Positions 10,324-20,899 of a stretch of DNA of 64,000 bases are shown piece by piece. How positions within the stretch are numbered: the stretch's first letter is position 1; the number at the start of each line of letters is the position of its first letter. The position numbers and the translations under genes were made by a program. The stretch is from a virus: the IMG/VR virus record IMGVR_UViG_3300044632_001319. One strand, written 5' to 3'. The notes under the pieces were generated by a model. The model searched no databases. It was not told the DNA's origin and worked only from the letters and a program-made list of their open reading frames with translations.

Positions 10324-10758
10324 ATGAATATCGATCAAATTAAAATACAAGCAGAACTAGACACAATAATCAATACAGACCACCTAGAAGAAGAAGCATC
10401 AAAAATACCACAGTTGCACAACAAATATCTGTGCATATTGATGGATGAAAAACTCATACTAGAAAGTTTAGAATCAAAATTAAAAATTCTCAAAAGAGAT
10501 AAATGGTTATACTACTCTGGCAGAATGTCAGATGAAGATCTCAAGAAAAGAGGATGGGAACAATTTGATCTGAACATTCTGAAGCAAGACCTGGATAGAT
10601 TCATTGAAAGCGATAGCGAAGTTATCACTCTTGCAAATAAAGTTTTTCTTCAAAAAGAAAAAGTAAATTACATCGAAGGTGTGGTAAAAGTAATTTCAAA
10701 TAAAATTTGGAGCATTCGATCATCGATTGAATGGATTAAGTTCACTCAAGGTTTATGA
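10324..10758 (+). CDS. uvsY: recombination mediator
   Basis: IPQLHNKYL, KWLYYSG, IEWIKF; synteny. Confidence 0.88.
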   Translation: MNIDQIKIQAELDTIINTDHLEEEASKIPQLHNKYLCILMDEKLILESLESKLKILKRDKWLYYSGRMSDEDLKKRGWEQFDLNILKQDLDRFIESDSEVITLANKVFLQKEKVNYIEGVVKVISNKIWSIRSSIEWIKFTQGL

Positions 10759-12218
10759 TAAAGATAAAACATGTAGATTCTGTTTATATTCAGATAGAGT
10801 GTGACAAAGGTATTGCTAAGGAACTTTCTTCATTCTTTACTTTTAGAGTTCCAAATTCTGAATACAATCCAGCATTCCGTAAGAAAAAATGGGATGGTAA
10901 GATTCGTTTATATAATATCATTACCAATAAAATATATGCTGGTTTGCTTCCTTATGTAATGACATTTGCATCTGAACGTGGATACAAAGTCGCATACGAG
11001 AGTTTACTCAAGAATGACGATCCACCAACACAATTTCCTAGAGTCTTCGCAGGAGGCAAGGAGATTCAACCACACGACTACCAGATCGAATCAGTCAAGC
11101 ACGCCATACAAAATCGTAGAGCACTTCTGATATCACCTACTGGTAGTGGCAAGAGTTTGATCATCTATATGATCATGCTGGAATTGTTGCAGAGAACACA
11201 GAATAAGATTCTCATTGTCGTGCCAACAACAGGACTAGTTACACAACTGAACTCTGATTTTCAAGACTACGCAAATTCAAAATCCATATCAAAACATATA
11301 CACTTAGTCTATGGTGGACAAGAAAAGAACACTGACTGTAGAGTAGTCATCTCAACATGGCAAAGTCTTCACACTCAGTCTGAAGAATATTTCAAGCAAT
11401 TTGATGCAATCATCGGTGATGAATCACATTTGTTTAAGGCAAAATCACTGATCAAGATAATGACCAAGTTGAAAAATTGCAATTATAGAATAGGAACGAC
11501 AGGAACGTTGGATGGTACACAGGTACACAGACTCGTACTAGAAGGTTTATTTGGAGCAGTACATCAAGTAACTACAACCAAGGAACTCATAGACAAGGAT
11601 GTCTTGGCAAAATTAAATATTGAATGTTTACTTTTGAGATATTCCGATGCAGATATTCAACAGATTAAAAGAGCAAAATATGTTGAAGAGATCGATTGGT
11701 TGGTTACCAATGAAAAAAGAAATAACTTCATCAGTAATTTAGCAAATAGTATTTCTGGAAATGTACTTGTGCTCTTCAATTTTGTTGAAAAGCACGGTGT
11801 TCCTTTGTTTCAAAAGATATCAAAGAACAATAAGAAAGATTGTTATCTTATTTGTGGAAAGACTGATATCGAGGAAAGAGAAGACATTCGTAAAATTGTA
11901 GATAAGCAAAACAATAGCATACTTGTTGCATCGTATGGTACATGCAGCACAGGCATCAATATCAAAAACATACATGCCATTATATTTGCTTCACCATCCA
12001 AATCAGTTATTCGTGTCTTGCAGTCAATTGGTAGAGGGTTGAGAAAGTCTGACACAAAGGATAGAGTAACAGTGTTTGATTTAGGTGATGATCTCAGTTA
12101 CCTCAAGTATCGCAATCATGCGTTGCGACATCTAGATGAGCGCACCAGCATATATACTAATGAACAGTTTACATTCAAGAAGACTAAAATCAAATTAGGA
12201 GATACGAATGAATCTTAA
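10755..12218 (+). CDS. uvsW: SF2 helicase
   Basis: SPTGSGKS, GDESH, GTTGT, QSIGRGLR. Confidence 0.95.
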   Translation: MIKIKHVDSVYIQIECDKGIAKELSSFFTFRVPNSEYNPAFRKKKWDGKIRLYNIITNKIYAGLLPYVMTFASERGYKVAYESLLKNDDPPTQFPRVFAGGKEIQPHDYQIESVKHAIQNRRALLISPTGSGKSLIIYMIMLELLQRTQNKILIVVPTTGLVTQLNSDFQDYANSKSISKHIHLVYGGQEKNTDCRVVISTWQSLHTQSEEYFKQFDAIIGDESHLFKAKSLIKIMTKLKNCNYRIGTTGTLDGTQVHRLVLEGLFGAVHQVTTTKELIDKDVLAKLNIECLLLRYSDADIQQIKRAKYVEEIDWLVTNEKRNNFISNLANSISGNVLVLFNFVEKHGVPLFQKISKNNKKDCYLICGKTDIEEREDIRKIVDKQNNSILVASYGTCSTGINIKNIHAIIFASPSKSVIRVLQSIGRGLRKSDTKDRVTVFDLGDDLSYLKYRNHALRHLDERTSIYTNEQFTFKKTKIKLGDTNES

Positions 12219-12906
12219 GATTCTTAAACTTAGAAGTGGTGAAGAGATTGCGTGTCAGGTTCTTGAAGAAAATGAAACATCCATGAAGGTCTTTCAACCC
12301 ATGTTGTTTAAGACATCATCTTCGTTGGATTTTATGGGCAGACACGTTGATATAACAACACTACATGATTGGTTAGTGAACACTGATGATAAAAATGTTG
12401 CAATACCAACAAATCATATTGCTTTTGTCAGTGTACCAAATAAAGAAACAACAAAACTTTACATATTGGAAAGCGAAAAGGAATTTGATCCAAAGAATTT
12501 CAAGACAAAGGTAAAGGAAACTCCATCTGAAGATATGTTATCAGATGCATTCCCTCTTACTGAAATGCTTGAGGATTTGATCAATAATTCATCTAATTTG
12601 ATGGATAATTATAAAGACCCACCAAAGAAATCAAAAAGAAAGAGGAAGGAAAAGAAACTACATCTTCCTCCAGATATGACTGATGAAAATGAATTAGATC
12701 GTCACATGATCATGATGCAAATGTACATTCCTGCTGAGAGCATCATGAATCTAATTACTTCTGGAGTATTAGATCCAAAGGTTCTTTTAAATATGATTGA
12801 TGAGATTAAAAAGCGTAATCGCTTTACTGGTGACGAGAAGGATAGGAAGGATTTTGGGAACACCTTCTCCGACTGGAATCCTGATCCCAATTCTACTGAT
12901 TACTAA
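12208..12906 (+). CDS. hypothetical protein (Sm-like N-terminus)
   Basis: KILKLRSGEEI N-terminus, typical of the gene between uvsW and gp55 in T4-like phages. Confidence 0.65.
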   Translation: MNLKILKLRSGEEIACQVLEENETSMKVFQPMLFKTSSSLDFMGRHVDITTLHDWLVNTDDKNVAIPTNHIAFVSVPNKETTKLYILESEKEFDPKNFKTKVKETPSEDMLSDAFPLTEMLEDLINNSSNLMDNYKDPPKKSKRKRKEKKLHLPPDMTDENELDRHMIMMQMYIPAESIMNLITSGVLDPKVLLNMIDEIKKRNRFTGDEKDRKDFGNTFSDWNPDPNSTDY

Positions 12907-12953
12907 TAGTATAATACAGTATTACTAGATCTCTTCTTCTTTCCCACACAAAG

Positions 12954-12983
12954 ATTATACACATGTCTTCAAAACGGTGTCAA
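12954..12983 (-). promoter_or_regulatory. sigma70-type promoter, antisense orientation
   Basis: Minus strand reads TTGACA-N18-TATAAT with both hexamers perfect. Confidence 0.6.
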
Positions 12984-13022
12984 GCCCCAAGTAAGGGTTT
13001 TTTGAAAAATCTTATAAACTAC

Positions 13023-13050
13023 TTGAAAAAACAATTGAGTATGCTATACT
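13023..13050 (+). promoter_or_regulatory. sigma70-type promoter for gp55
   Basis: TTGAAA-N16-TATACT with extended -10 TG (TGCTATACT). Confidence 0.65.
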
Positions 13051-13071
13051 TGATTCGTAGTGAGGATGAAC

Positions 13072-13632
13072 ATGAATCAAGAAGATGAAAAAGAAATAGA
13101 AGAAGAAGTAAAAACATTAAAACATTATATCAACAATGTTAAGTTTTGTGCTGCAATGACCGAGTGGAAAAAATTAGTAAAAGATGCAGAGGAATGTGGT
13201 GACAGACGACCACCAGTAACTGACTATATTGCAGAATCTTTTCTTAAGATTGCAGAACATTTATCACACAGACCAAATTTTATCAACTACCCATTTAAGG
13301 AAGATATGATTGGTGATGGGGTGGAAAATTGTCTTTTATATGCACACAATTTTGATCCAGAAAAATCATCAAATCCCTTTTCTTATTTTACCCAAATAAT
13401 TTATTATGCGTTTTTACGCAGAATAGAAAAGGAAAAGAAGCAAGCATTCATCAAATATAAGTGCTTACAGATGAAAGACATGGATGGTAAGTTTGTAGAG
13501 TGGATGAAGAAAGAATCAGATACTGCAACTTACAGCGAATTTCTACAGAAACACTTTTCACTCAGTGAAATGGATGTTGAAAAACTAGAACCAAAAGACA
13601 AAAAGAAAAGAAAGAAAAGGAAGCGAAAGTGA
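13072..13632 (+). CDS. gp55: late transcription sigma factor
   Basis: HYINN, LSHRPNFINY, MIGDGVENCL.Y..NFDPEKSSNPFSYFTQIIYYAFLRRI.KEKKQ. Confidence 0.96.
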   Translation: MNQEDEKEIEEEVKTLKHYINNVKFCAAMTEWKKLVKDAEECGDRRPPVTDYIAESFLKIAEHLSHRPNFINYPFKEDMIGDGVENCLLYAHNFDPEKSSNPFSYFTQIIYYAFLRRIEKEKKQAFIKYKCLQMKDMDGKFVEWMKKESDTATYSEFLQKHFSLSEMDVEKLEPKDKKKRKKRKRK

Positions 13633-14687
13633 AAATAGCATTTATATCCGATACCCACTTCGGAGTTCGTAATGATTCACCTTTTTTCCTAGAGAACGCT
13701 CTTACCTTTTTCGAAAAACAATTTTTTCCTTATCTAAAGGAAAACCAGATTCTCGACGTTATTCACCTTGGCGACTTTTTCGACCGAAGAAAGTTTGTTA
13801 ATTTCAACACTCTTTCTTCGGTTCGAAAGAGATTTATCAATTACATTGAGAATAATAATCTGAGAATGCACATAACTATTGGAAATCATGATACTTATTT
13901 TCGCAACACAAATGAATTGAATTCATTGAAGGAATTGTTGACGGAAAAGTATAAATCCATTATTCTTTATGAGAAACCATCGACAATCAAATTTGATGAC
14001 TTTTGTTTTGGGATAGTTCCTTGGATTACTAAGGAAAACGAACAAGATGTCTTGGATTTTCTCTCGACATGCCCTTGTCGAATGATTGGTGGTCATTTTG
14101 AAATTGCAGGATTCGAGGTTATCGCTGGAGTCAAGCACTCACATGGGTTTAGTGCATCGAACTTTAAACGTTTCGATAAAGTGTTATCTGGTCACTTCCA
14201 TATCAAGCAGTCACAAGGCAACATACATTATCTTGGCACACAATATCAGATGACTTTTTCTGATGTTTATTCTACCAAGGGGTTTCATGTCTACGATACT
14301 GAAAAGGATGTATTGGAATTCATACCAAATGAAAACAACATCTTTCATGTATTCACATATGACGACTCGACTCCTGATGAGGTAAAAAAGATTGCCAATT
14401 ATGTGAAAGAAACAAATCTAAAAAATGCATTTATTCGAATAACTGTAAGAAGCAAATCAAAGCAGGAAATCTTTGATAAATTCATTGATGCTTTGTGGAG
14501 CAAGGGAATCCAGGATCTTTCAATTAATGAAGATCCTCTAGAAAAATCATCAACTGTTGAATTCGATGAATCAGAGGATACAATAAGCATCATAAATCGT
14601 GAAGTGGATGCAATTGAAAGAGATATAGACAAGACTAAATTGAAGACGATCATTAAAGACTTATACATGGAAAGTCTCTCCATATGA
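13629..14687 (+). CDS. gp47: recombination endonuclease, Mre11/SbcD-like
   Basis: SDTHFG, LGDFFDRR, GNHD, SGHFH. Confidence 0.95.
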   Translation: MKIAFISDTHFGVRNDSPFFLENALTFFEKQFFPYLKENQILDVIHLGDFFDRRKFVNFNTLSSVRKRFINYIENNNLRMHITIGNHDTYFRNTNELNSLKELLTEKYKSIILYEKPSTIKFDDFCFGIVPWITKENEQDVLDFLSTCPCRMIGGHFEIAGFEVIAGVKHSHGFSASNFKRFDKVLSGHFHIKQSQGNIHYLGTQYQMTFSDVYSTKGFHVYDTEKDVLEFIPNENNIFHVFTYDDSTPDEVKKIANYVKETNLKNAFIRITVRSKSKQEIFDKFIDALWSKGIQDLSINEDPLEKSSTVEFDESEDTISIINREVDAIERDIDKTKLKTIIKDLYMESLSI

Positions 14688-16414
14688 TTAAATTTGAAAA
14701 AGTAAGATTTAAAAACTTTGGATCTTTCGGCAATACCTTTACCGAAATCGAACTAGACAAGAATAATACAACTTTAATTTGTGGTAACAATGGAAGTGGA
14801 AAGTCTTTTGCATTTCTAGACTCCATTACCTTTGCTTTGTTTGGTAAACCTTTTAGAAAAATAAACATACCACAACTGGTCAACTCAATCAATGAAAAGG
14901 GATGTCTAGTTGAAATTGAATTCTCAAAGGGTGCTGATAAGTTCATGGTTCGAAGAGGCATCGGTCCAAGAATATTTGAGATTTATAAAAACGGAACGAT
15001 AATTGATCAAGAAGCAAAGAGTCTTGATTATCAGGATATTCTTGAACAACAAATACTAAAGATGAACTATAAGACGTTCACTCAGGTTGTCATTCTCGGT
15101 AGTTCATCCTTTGTGCCATTCATGCAGTTGAGTGCAGCAGACCGACGATCAGTCATTGAAAATATTCTTGATATCAATATATTCAGCACCATGAATATCG
15201 TACTTAAGGGAAAGATTATTTCACTTAAGGAAACAATCAAGGAATTGAATTCTAAAATTGAATTGGAAAAGAGCAAGATATCAATTCAGAGAAATTATAT
15301 TTCAACTCTGGAAAAGAAGAACTCAGAAGAAGATGAAGATGTTTCCGATAGAATTAAAGAACTAGAGGATAAGATTCTTCATCATAATTACTCTCTTCTT
15401 TCTGAGAATCTTACTCTAAATGCTATAGAAACTGATATTCAATATCTTAAAAATGGCATCAAAGAATGTCAATCCAAATCAAAGAAATATAACTCTATAA
15501 TTTCTGAGTTTGGTGCAAATAAAAAGCAAAAGCAACAAGAGATTGTTTTCTTTAAAGAAAATTGCAAATGCCCAACCTGTAGTCAACCCATTGAAGAAAA
15601 GATGAAGAAGGAAAAAATCCTGACTACAAATTATGAAATTTCAAATATTGATGATCAGATCGAACATGTAAACAGTGCGTTAAAAGACAATACGCAGAAT
15701 GTTGAGATGTTGGAATTACAACTTGAAAGAGCATCAAAATCTCTGTCATATACAAATGGTGTCAACAGAGAGATTGAGATGCTTAAGAAAGAAATTGAAA
15801 GAATTAAATCATCAACTAAGAAATCCACGATTAAAAATAATATTGTGGATGAAAAGGAAAAACTAAAACTTCTTGAAGGTGGATTTGTAGCACTTGAAGA
15901 AGAACGCAATCTTCATTCCGAAGAATTAATGTATCATGAATTTGCCAACGAACTTCTTCGCGATGGTGGTGTGAAGACAAAGATTATAAAATATTATCTT
16001 CCACACATGAACAAGTACATCAATAAATTCTTATCTTCGATGGATTTCTTCGTGCAGTTCCATATGGATGAAGAATTCAATGAGCAGATCAAATCAAGAT
16101 ATCGCGATGAGTTTTCCTATATGAATTTTAGTGAAGGCGAGAAGATGCGTATAGATCTGGCATTGCTCCTTGCATGGCGTGAGGTAGCACGACTCAAGAA
16201 TAGTGTAAATTGTAATTTGCTTATTCTAGACGAGGTTTTTGATTCTTCACTTGATGGTGTCGGTATGGACGATCTCATGAAATTACTAAAGATCATAAGC
16301 GACAAAGCAAATGTATATGTGATCAGTCATAAAGCAGATCAATTGGTTGACAAATTTTCTACGATAATCTCTTTTGAGAAAAAGAATAATTTTAGTAGAA
16401 TGATAAATAACTGA
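14684..16414 (+). CDS. gp46: recombination ATPase, Rad50/SbcC-like
   Basis: GNNGSGKS, CPTC zinc hook, FSEGEKMRIDLA, LDEVFDSSLD. Confidence 0.96.
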   Translation: MIKFEKVRFKNFGSFGNTFTEIELDKNNTTLICGNNGSGKSFAFLDSITFALFGKPFRKINIPQLVNSINEKGCLVEIEFSKGADKFMVRRGIGPRIFEIYKNGTIIDQEAKSLDYQDILEQQILKMNYKTFTQVVILGSSSFVPFMQLSAADRRSVIENILDINIFSTMNIVLKGKIISLKETIKELNSKIELEKSKISIQRNYISTLEKKNSEEDEDVSDRIKELEDKILHHNYSLLSENLTLNAIETDIQYLKNGIKECQSKSKKYNSIISEFGANKKQKQQEIVFFKENCKCPTCSQPIEEKMKKEKILTTNYEISNIDDQIEHVNSALKDNTQNVEMLELQLERASKSLSYTNGVNREIEMLKKEIERIKSSTKKSTIKNNIVDEKEKLKLLEGGFVALEEERNLHSEELMYHEFANELLRDGGVKTKIIKYYLPHMNKYINKFLSSMDFFVQFHMDEEFNEQIKSRYRDEFSYMNFSEGEKMRIDLALLLAWREVARLKNSVNCNLLILDEVFDSSLDGVGMDDLMKLLKIISDKANVYVISHKADQLVDKFSTIISFEKKNNFSRMINN

Positions 16415-16415
16415 T

Positions 16416-16736
16416 ATGAAATCGACAGACAATTTAAACTTTAGAGGTAAGTTTAAACAATACGATCCCGATGGTAAACCATATTTGTACCGTATAGGTG
16501 ATTCTGTAGAATTCAATGGTAATGTTTATGTTGCTGTCAAACCCACTTCATCCAGAATTCCTGGAACTATGGAAGGTAAATCTTATTGGAGCGATCTGGG
16601 TGATAGCGATGGATTTTATATTTCAGAATTTACTCCACCGAATTCCTCAATAGGAGATAGATGGTATGTTCCATCTACAGGAATAATGTATACTAGAATA
16701 CAAGAAGAAAGTAACAAGATTTGGGTTGAATTATGA
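16416..16736 (+). CDS. hypothetical protein, carbohydrate-binding/virion-like motifs
   Basis: YRIGDSVEFNGNVYVA (CBM5/12-like) and GDRWY...WVEL; ATAAATA at 16403-16409. Confidence 0.55.
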   Translation: MKSTDNLNFRGKFKQYDPDGKPYLYRIGDSVEFNGNVYVAVKPTSSRIPGTMEGKSYWSDLGDSDGFYISEFTPPNSSIGDRWYVPSTGIMYTRIQEESNKIWVEL

Positions 16737-16751
16737 GCATGACATGGTATA

Positions 16752-16940
16752 ATGGAGATTGTAATGAAGCGTGACGATAAACATCAGGAAAAACCAAAAC
16801 CACCTAAACAATTAAAATCCGTAAATAAAAAAGAAAAAGATTCGGAAAAAACAAAGTCAAAGCAAAAATTAAAAAATCTTTGGCAAAATGGTTTTGATGA
16901 TGGGTACGATGATTTTGAGAACAATTTTCAGAAATTTTAA
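16752..16940 (+). CDS. small charged hypothetical protein
   Basis: Fills the gap before gp45; GGAG precedes the alternative ATG at 16764. Confidence 0.5.
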   Translation: MEIVMKRDDKHQEKPKPPKQLKSVNKKEKDSEKTKSKQKLKNLWQNGFDDGYDDFENNFQKF

Positions 16941-16942
16941 TT

Positions 16943-17626
16943 ATGAGCACTGTAACATTTTCTAAAAATACTCTAGCGATTCTTAAGAACTTTTCAAGTT
17001 TAAATTCAAATCTCCTGGTTAAACCAGGAAAGATAATCAAGACAATTACACCATCCAAGAATGGAATGGCAATTGCAACCGTTGACGAAACATTTGATGT
17101 TGAGTTTGGAATCTGGGATCTAAACAAGTTTCTGGGTGTTATCAGTCTTTTCAACAATCCATCATTTACTTTTGGTGAGAAGAGCGTGAAGATCAAGAAT
17201 GGTGGTAATTCTGTAGTGAATTATTACTATTCAGAACCAAGACTGCTTTCGGTTCCGACCAAAGATGTCATCATGCCAGCGGTCAATATATCCATTACAC
17301 TTACTGATAAGCAATTTTCTGAACTTCAGAAAGCAGCATCAGTAATGCAATTGCCCGATCTTTCATTCACAAATGATTCTGGTGACATTGTAGCAATGGT
17401 TTCGGATCTTGGAGATCCAACCAGCAATACATACAAGGTCGTGGTGTTTGAGGATTGGAAGGGTGAGTCTTTCTTGTTCAACTTCAAGATGGAAAACATC
17501 AAGATTCTCCCTGGAGATTATACCGTTAATTTTGCTAAGAACGTAGTGGGTGAATTTGTAAACAACAACATTTCACTCAAGTATTGGTTTGCCATGGAAG
17601 CGAACACTTCAAAGTATGGATCTTAA
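16943..17626 (+). CDS. gp45: sliding clamp
   Basis: ILKNFSSLNSNL, FGIWDLNKFL, FKMENIKILPGDY. Confidence 0.94.
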   Translation: MSTVTFSKNTLAILKNFSSLNSNLLVKPGKIIKTITPSKNGMAIATVDETFDVEFGIWDLNKFLGVISLFNNPSFTFGEKSVKIKNGGNSVVNYYYSEPRLLSVPTKDVIMPAVNISITLTDKQFSELQKAASVMQLPDLSFTNDSGDIVAMVSDLGDPTSNTYKVVVFEDWKGESFLFNFKMENIKILPGDYTVNFAKNVVGEFVNNNISLKYWFAMEANTSKYGS

Positions 17627-17631
17627 TTATT

Positions 17632-18576
17632 ATGAACCCTGACAATTTTTTGTGGGTCGAAAAGTATCGACCAAAGACCATCTCGGAGTGTGTTCTCCCC
17701 ATGTCGCTGAAGTCAACCTTCAGCGACATGGTTGCTAAAGGAGAACCACAGAATTTACTGTTTTCGGGTACTGCTGGTGTCGGTAAGACAACCGTTGCCA
17801 AGGCACTTTGTAACGAAATGGGTTGCGATTGGATATTGATCAACTGCTCTGAAGAGGGCAACATTGATACACTACGCACAAAGATTCGTCAATTTGCCAG
17901 TACAGTCTCCCTGAGTGGAGATGTTCGTAAGGTAGTGATCCTTGACGAGTTTGACTATTCAAATGCTAACAGCATTCAACCTGCTCTTCGTGGAGCGATT
18001 GAGGAGTTTGCAAATAATTGCAGATTTATTCTGACCTGTAATTACAAGTCAAGGATTATCGAACCGATACACTCCCGATGCACATGCATCGATTTTTCTC
18101 TACCAGTCAACGAGAAACCAGCAATTGCTGCTAAAATGATGGAGCGTTGTTGCCATATCTTGACACAGGAGGGAATCTCTTACGATAAAAAGATTTTAGG
18201 TCAACTGATTCTAAAGTATTTCCCAGATATGCGTAGAATCATCAATGAACTCCAACGATACGGGGTATCTGGAACCATTGATATTGGGATTCTAGCAAAT
18301 GTCAGTGACGTAGAGATCAAGAATCTCATGGGTGCTCTTAAGGCAAAGGACTTTGCCACTGTTCGTAAGTGGGCAGCATTGAATGCAGAGAACGCTCCAC
18401 AGGAACTTTACAGGAAACTCTACGATGCCCTGGGAGACTATCTGGAGAATCAGAGCATTCCAGAGGCAATCCAGATCATTGCAAAGTCCCAGTACCGATC
18501 TGCGTTCGTTGCTGATCAAGAGATTCAACTGATGGATTGCCTGATTCGCATTATGTTGATGTGCTCATTCAAATAA
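17632..18576 (+). CDS. gp44: clamp loader large subunit
   Basis: LWVEKYRP, GTAGVGKTT, ILDEFD, SRC; ATG 17632 preferred over the ORF-track start. Confidence 0.96.
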   Translation: MNPDNFLWVEKYRPKTISECVLPMSLKSTFSDMVAKGEPQNLLFSGTAGVGKTTVAKALCNEMGCDWILINCSEEGNIDTLRTKIRQFASTVSLSGDVRKVVILDEFDYSNANSIQPALRGAIEEFANNCRFILTCNYKSRIIEPIHSRCTCIDFSLPVNEKPAIAAKMMERCCHILTQEGISYDKKILGQLILKYFPDMRRIINELQRYGVSGTIDIGILANVSDVEIKNLMGALKAKDFATVRKWAALNAENAPQELYRKLYDALGDYLENQSIPEAIQIIAKSQYRSAFVADQEIQLMDCLIRIMLMCSFK

Positions 18577-18577
18577 T

Positions 18578-18949
18578 ATGCTTTCCGAATTCCTAAACTC
18601 AATCAACCAAACAAAGGAAAACCTCATAAAGAGTGACCCAAAACTCGAAAAGGAGTATATTCCTTACGTTACTAATAAGTGTTTTTCTTATTTTCCAGAA
18701 ACAATACTACATGCGTCCAAGATGAATGCTTGTGCTTTTCTGGATAAAAAGATACAATACGACTATTACCTGTATGCCTTGAGCAAGAAAAAGAGGTTTT
18801 CTAAGTGGGTAAAACCAGAAAAAGAGGAAAAGATAGCACTCATCAAAGAGGTTTACGGGTATTCTGACAGGCAAGCAAGAAATGTAGCAGACCTTCTAAA
18901 CCTAGAAGACCTCAAGCAACTAAGTCGAAAAGGTGGTCAAAAACGGTAA
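18578..18949 (+). CDS. gp62: clamp loader small subunit
   Basis: LNSINQTK, QYDYYL, KKKRFSKW, YGYS. Confidence 0.92.
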   Translation: MLSEFLNSINQTKENLIKSDPKLEKEYIPYVTNKCFSYFPETILHASKMNACAFLDKKIQYDYYLYALSKKKRFSKWVKPEKEEKIALIKEVYGYSDRQARNVADLLNLEDLKQLSRKGGQKR

Positions 18950-18985
18950 AACCCTAAATAATTTCTGTCAAAATGGGAGTATATT

Positions 18986-19384
18986 ATGACAGAAGATATT
19001 TTTGAAGGTTTGGGTGTAGAAGTAAAATTGAAGAAGGAAGAAGATTTCCTTAAAGTAAAGGAAACACTTACTCGCATAGGTGTGTCTTCCAAAACAGAAA
19101 AGAAACTTTACCAATCTTGCCATATTCTCCACAAACGTGGTAGATATGCAATCATGCATTTTAAGGAAATGTTTGTTTTAGATGGTCTAGACAGTGACAT
19201 GTCTACCGATGATTTGGGTAGAAGAAACACGATTGTAAAGTTATTGGTAGAGTGGGGATTGGTTGAAGTAGTAGATCGTACAAAATACGAACAACCACAA
19301 CTTTCGCTTGCAAGATTGAAAATTATTCCACACAAAGAAAAGTCAGAATGGACACTTGTACCAAAGTACCATATAGGAAAGTGA
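18986..19384 (+). CDS. regA: translational repressor
   Basis: DFLKVKETLTRIGV, LYQSCHILHKRGRY, HFKEMF.LDG, PKYHIG. Confidence 0.96.
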   Translation: MTEDIFEGLGVEVKLKKEEDFLKVKETLTRIGVSSKTEKKLYQSCHILHKRGRYAIMHFKEMFVLDGLDSDMSTDDLGRRNTIVKLLVEWGLVEVVDRTKYEQPQLSLARLKIIPHKEKSEWTLVPKYHIGK

Positions 19385-19411
19385 CATACATAATAGTGGA
19401 GAATTTACAAT

Positions 19412-20245
19412 ATGAAAAAAATGCAAGCAATTGGTGCTCCATTTACCATAGAACATTCATCTTGTTCAGATTTAAAACCAAAAGAATTTGATTGGACCCC
19501 CGATGACCACCCCATAAAGGTATTCATTGACGGTGCAATTGCATCTGGTATAAGTTACCAAAAAAAATTAGGAGAGAGAAAGATAGCATGGGTCTGCGAG
19601 TCCCGTGTTATCTTTCATTCCATGCATTTCCCAAGAGACATCTGGGAAAACAATATAGTCATGATTGCTTCATCTTTTGATCTTCTGTTCACATCAGAAA
19701 AATCAATGGTAGATAAACATCCCAACATCAGATACTGCCCAGCAGGAAGCAATCTGCCATGGATCAAAGAACAAGAAGTCTATCCCAAAACAAAAATGAC
19801 ATCACTGATTGCATCACCAAAAAAGTATGCATTTGGTCATGCACTTCGTCATTCATTGGCAGAAAAGTGGAAAGATAACGTAGATCTATATGGTGGTGTG
19901 ATGGGATCAAAGCGAGTCGGAAGCACCACATGGGATAAATTAGAAGCACTAAAAGATTATCGTTTTTCAATAATCATTGAGAATGATAAGTATGAAACAT
20001 ATTACACAGAAAAACTAACAGATTGTTTTGCAACAGGAACCATCCCTGTATATTGGGGTGCTCCTGACATTGAAACTCATTTCAATAAAGATGGTATCAT
20101 AACACTAACTGGTGACTTTGATATCAATTCTTTGACTGAAGAATTATACAACAGCAAATTGAATTCGGTTATAGATAACTTTAATCGTGTTAAAGGTCTA
20201 AGAATGGCAGATGATGAATTATTTGGACTAATCCGTGAAAACTGA
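19412..20245 (+). CDS. glycosyltransferase, GT10 (fucosyltransferase-like)
   Basis: YRFSIIIEN...YYTEKLTDCF.TGTIPVYWG alpha-1,3-FucT motif. Confidence 0.75.
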   Translation: MKKMQAIGAPFTIEHSSCSDLKPKEFDWTPDDHPIKVFIDGAIASGISYQKKLGERKIAWVCESRVIFHSMHFPRDIWENNIVMIASSFDLLFTSEKSMVDKHPNIRYCPAGSNLPWIKEQEVYPKTKMTSLIASPKKYAFGHALRHSLAEKWKDNVDLYGGVMGSKRVGSTTWDKLEALKDYRFSIIIENDKYETYYTEKLTDCFATGTIPVYWGAPDIETHFNKDGIITLTGDFDINSLTEELYNSKLNSVIDNFNRVKGLRMADDELFGLIREN

Positions 20246-20894
20246 AATTGTATCATTTTATTGCGATATTGATAATAGAACATATTACAGCGATCATTCT
20301 CGAAGATTGAGAATTAACTGTAATGAGAATAATATTCCTCACGACATCCGTGAATTGCCTTCGCGTGGCGAGTATAGATTGAATTGTTTGGCAAAACCCA
20401 AATTTATTCTTTCTATTCTGGAAGAGAAGAAAAAACCATTTGTCTGGATGGATGTCGATTCGATCATACATGCAGAACTTGATATTTTTGATCCTCTATC
20501 GGAATCAGTTGATATGGCATTTGCATATCAAAGTATCTTTCCTCATATAGATTATAGTTATCCAAAAGCATCTCCAATTCTTTTTACATACAAAGATATT
20601 GTCATAGAATTTGTAAAATACTGGATTGCCATGTGTGAAGAGAATGAACGCAATCAGAACCAAAGAAAGGTATTTGATCACGAAATATTAATGGAAAAAG
20701 TAATTCCTGTATTCTTTCCTAAGATGAAAGTTGCTGCGTTGGGAATGAATTATGCAATATGGCCTGGAAATCCTATCTCACCCGAGTTGAAACCTATGAT
20801 CACTATGGGTATTGCAGACGGACCATCCAAAGAAAAATCACTCAGGGAAATGGGATTGTCAGAGCATATGGTTAAATTTAACTTAGTGGGGTAA
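20235..20894 (+). CDS. GT-A nucleotide-diphospho-sugar transferase-like protein
   Basis: KPKFIL...WMDVD (DxD) and DHEIL motifs. Confidence 0.6.
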   Translation: MKTEIVSFYCDIDNRTYYSDHSRRLRINCNENNIPHDIRELPSRGEYRLNCLAKPKFILSILEEKKKPFVWMDVDSIIHAELDIFDPLSESVDMAFAYQSIFPHIDYSYPKASPILFTYKDIVIEFVKYWIAMCEENERNQNQRKVFDHEILMEKVIPVFFPKMKVAALGMNYAIWPGNPISPELKPMITMGIADGPSKEKSLREMGLSEHMVKFNLVG

Positions 20895-20899
20895 TAAAA

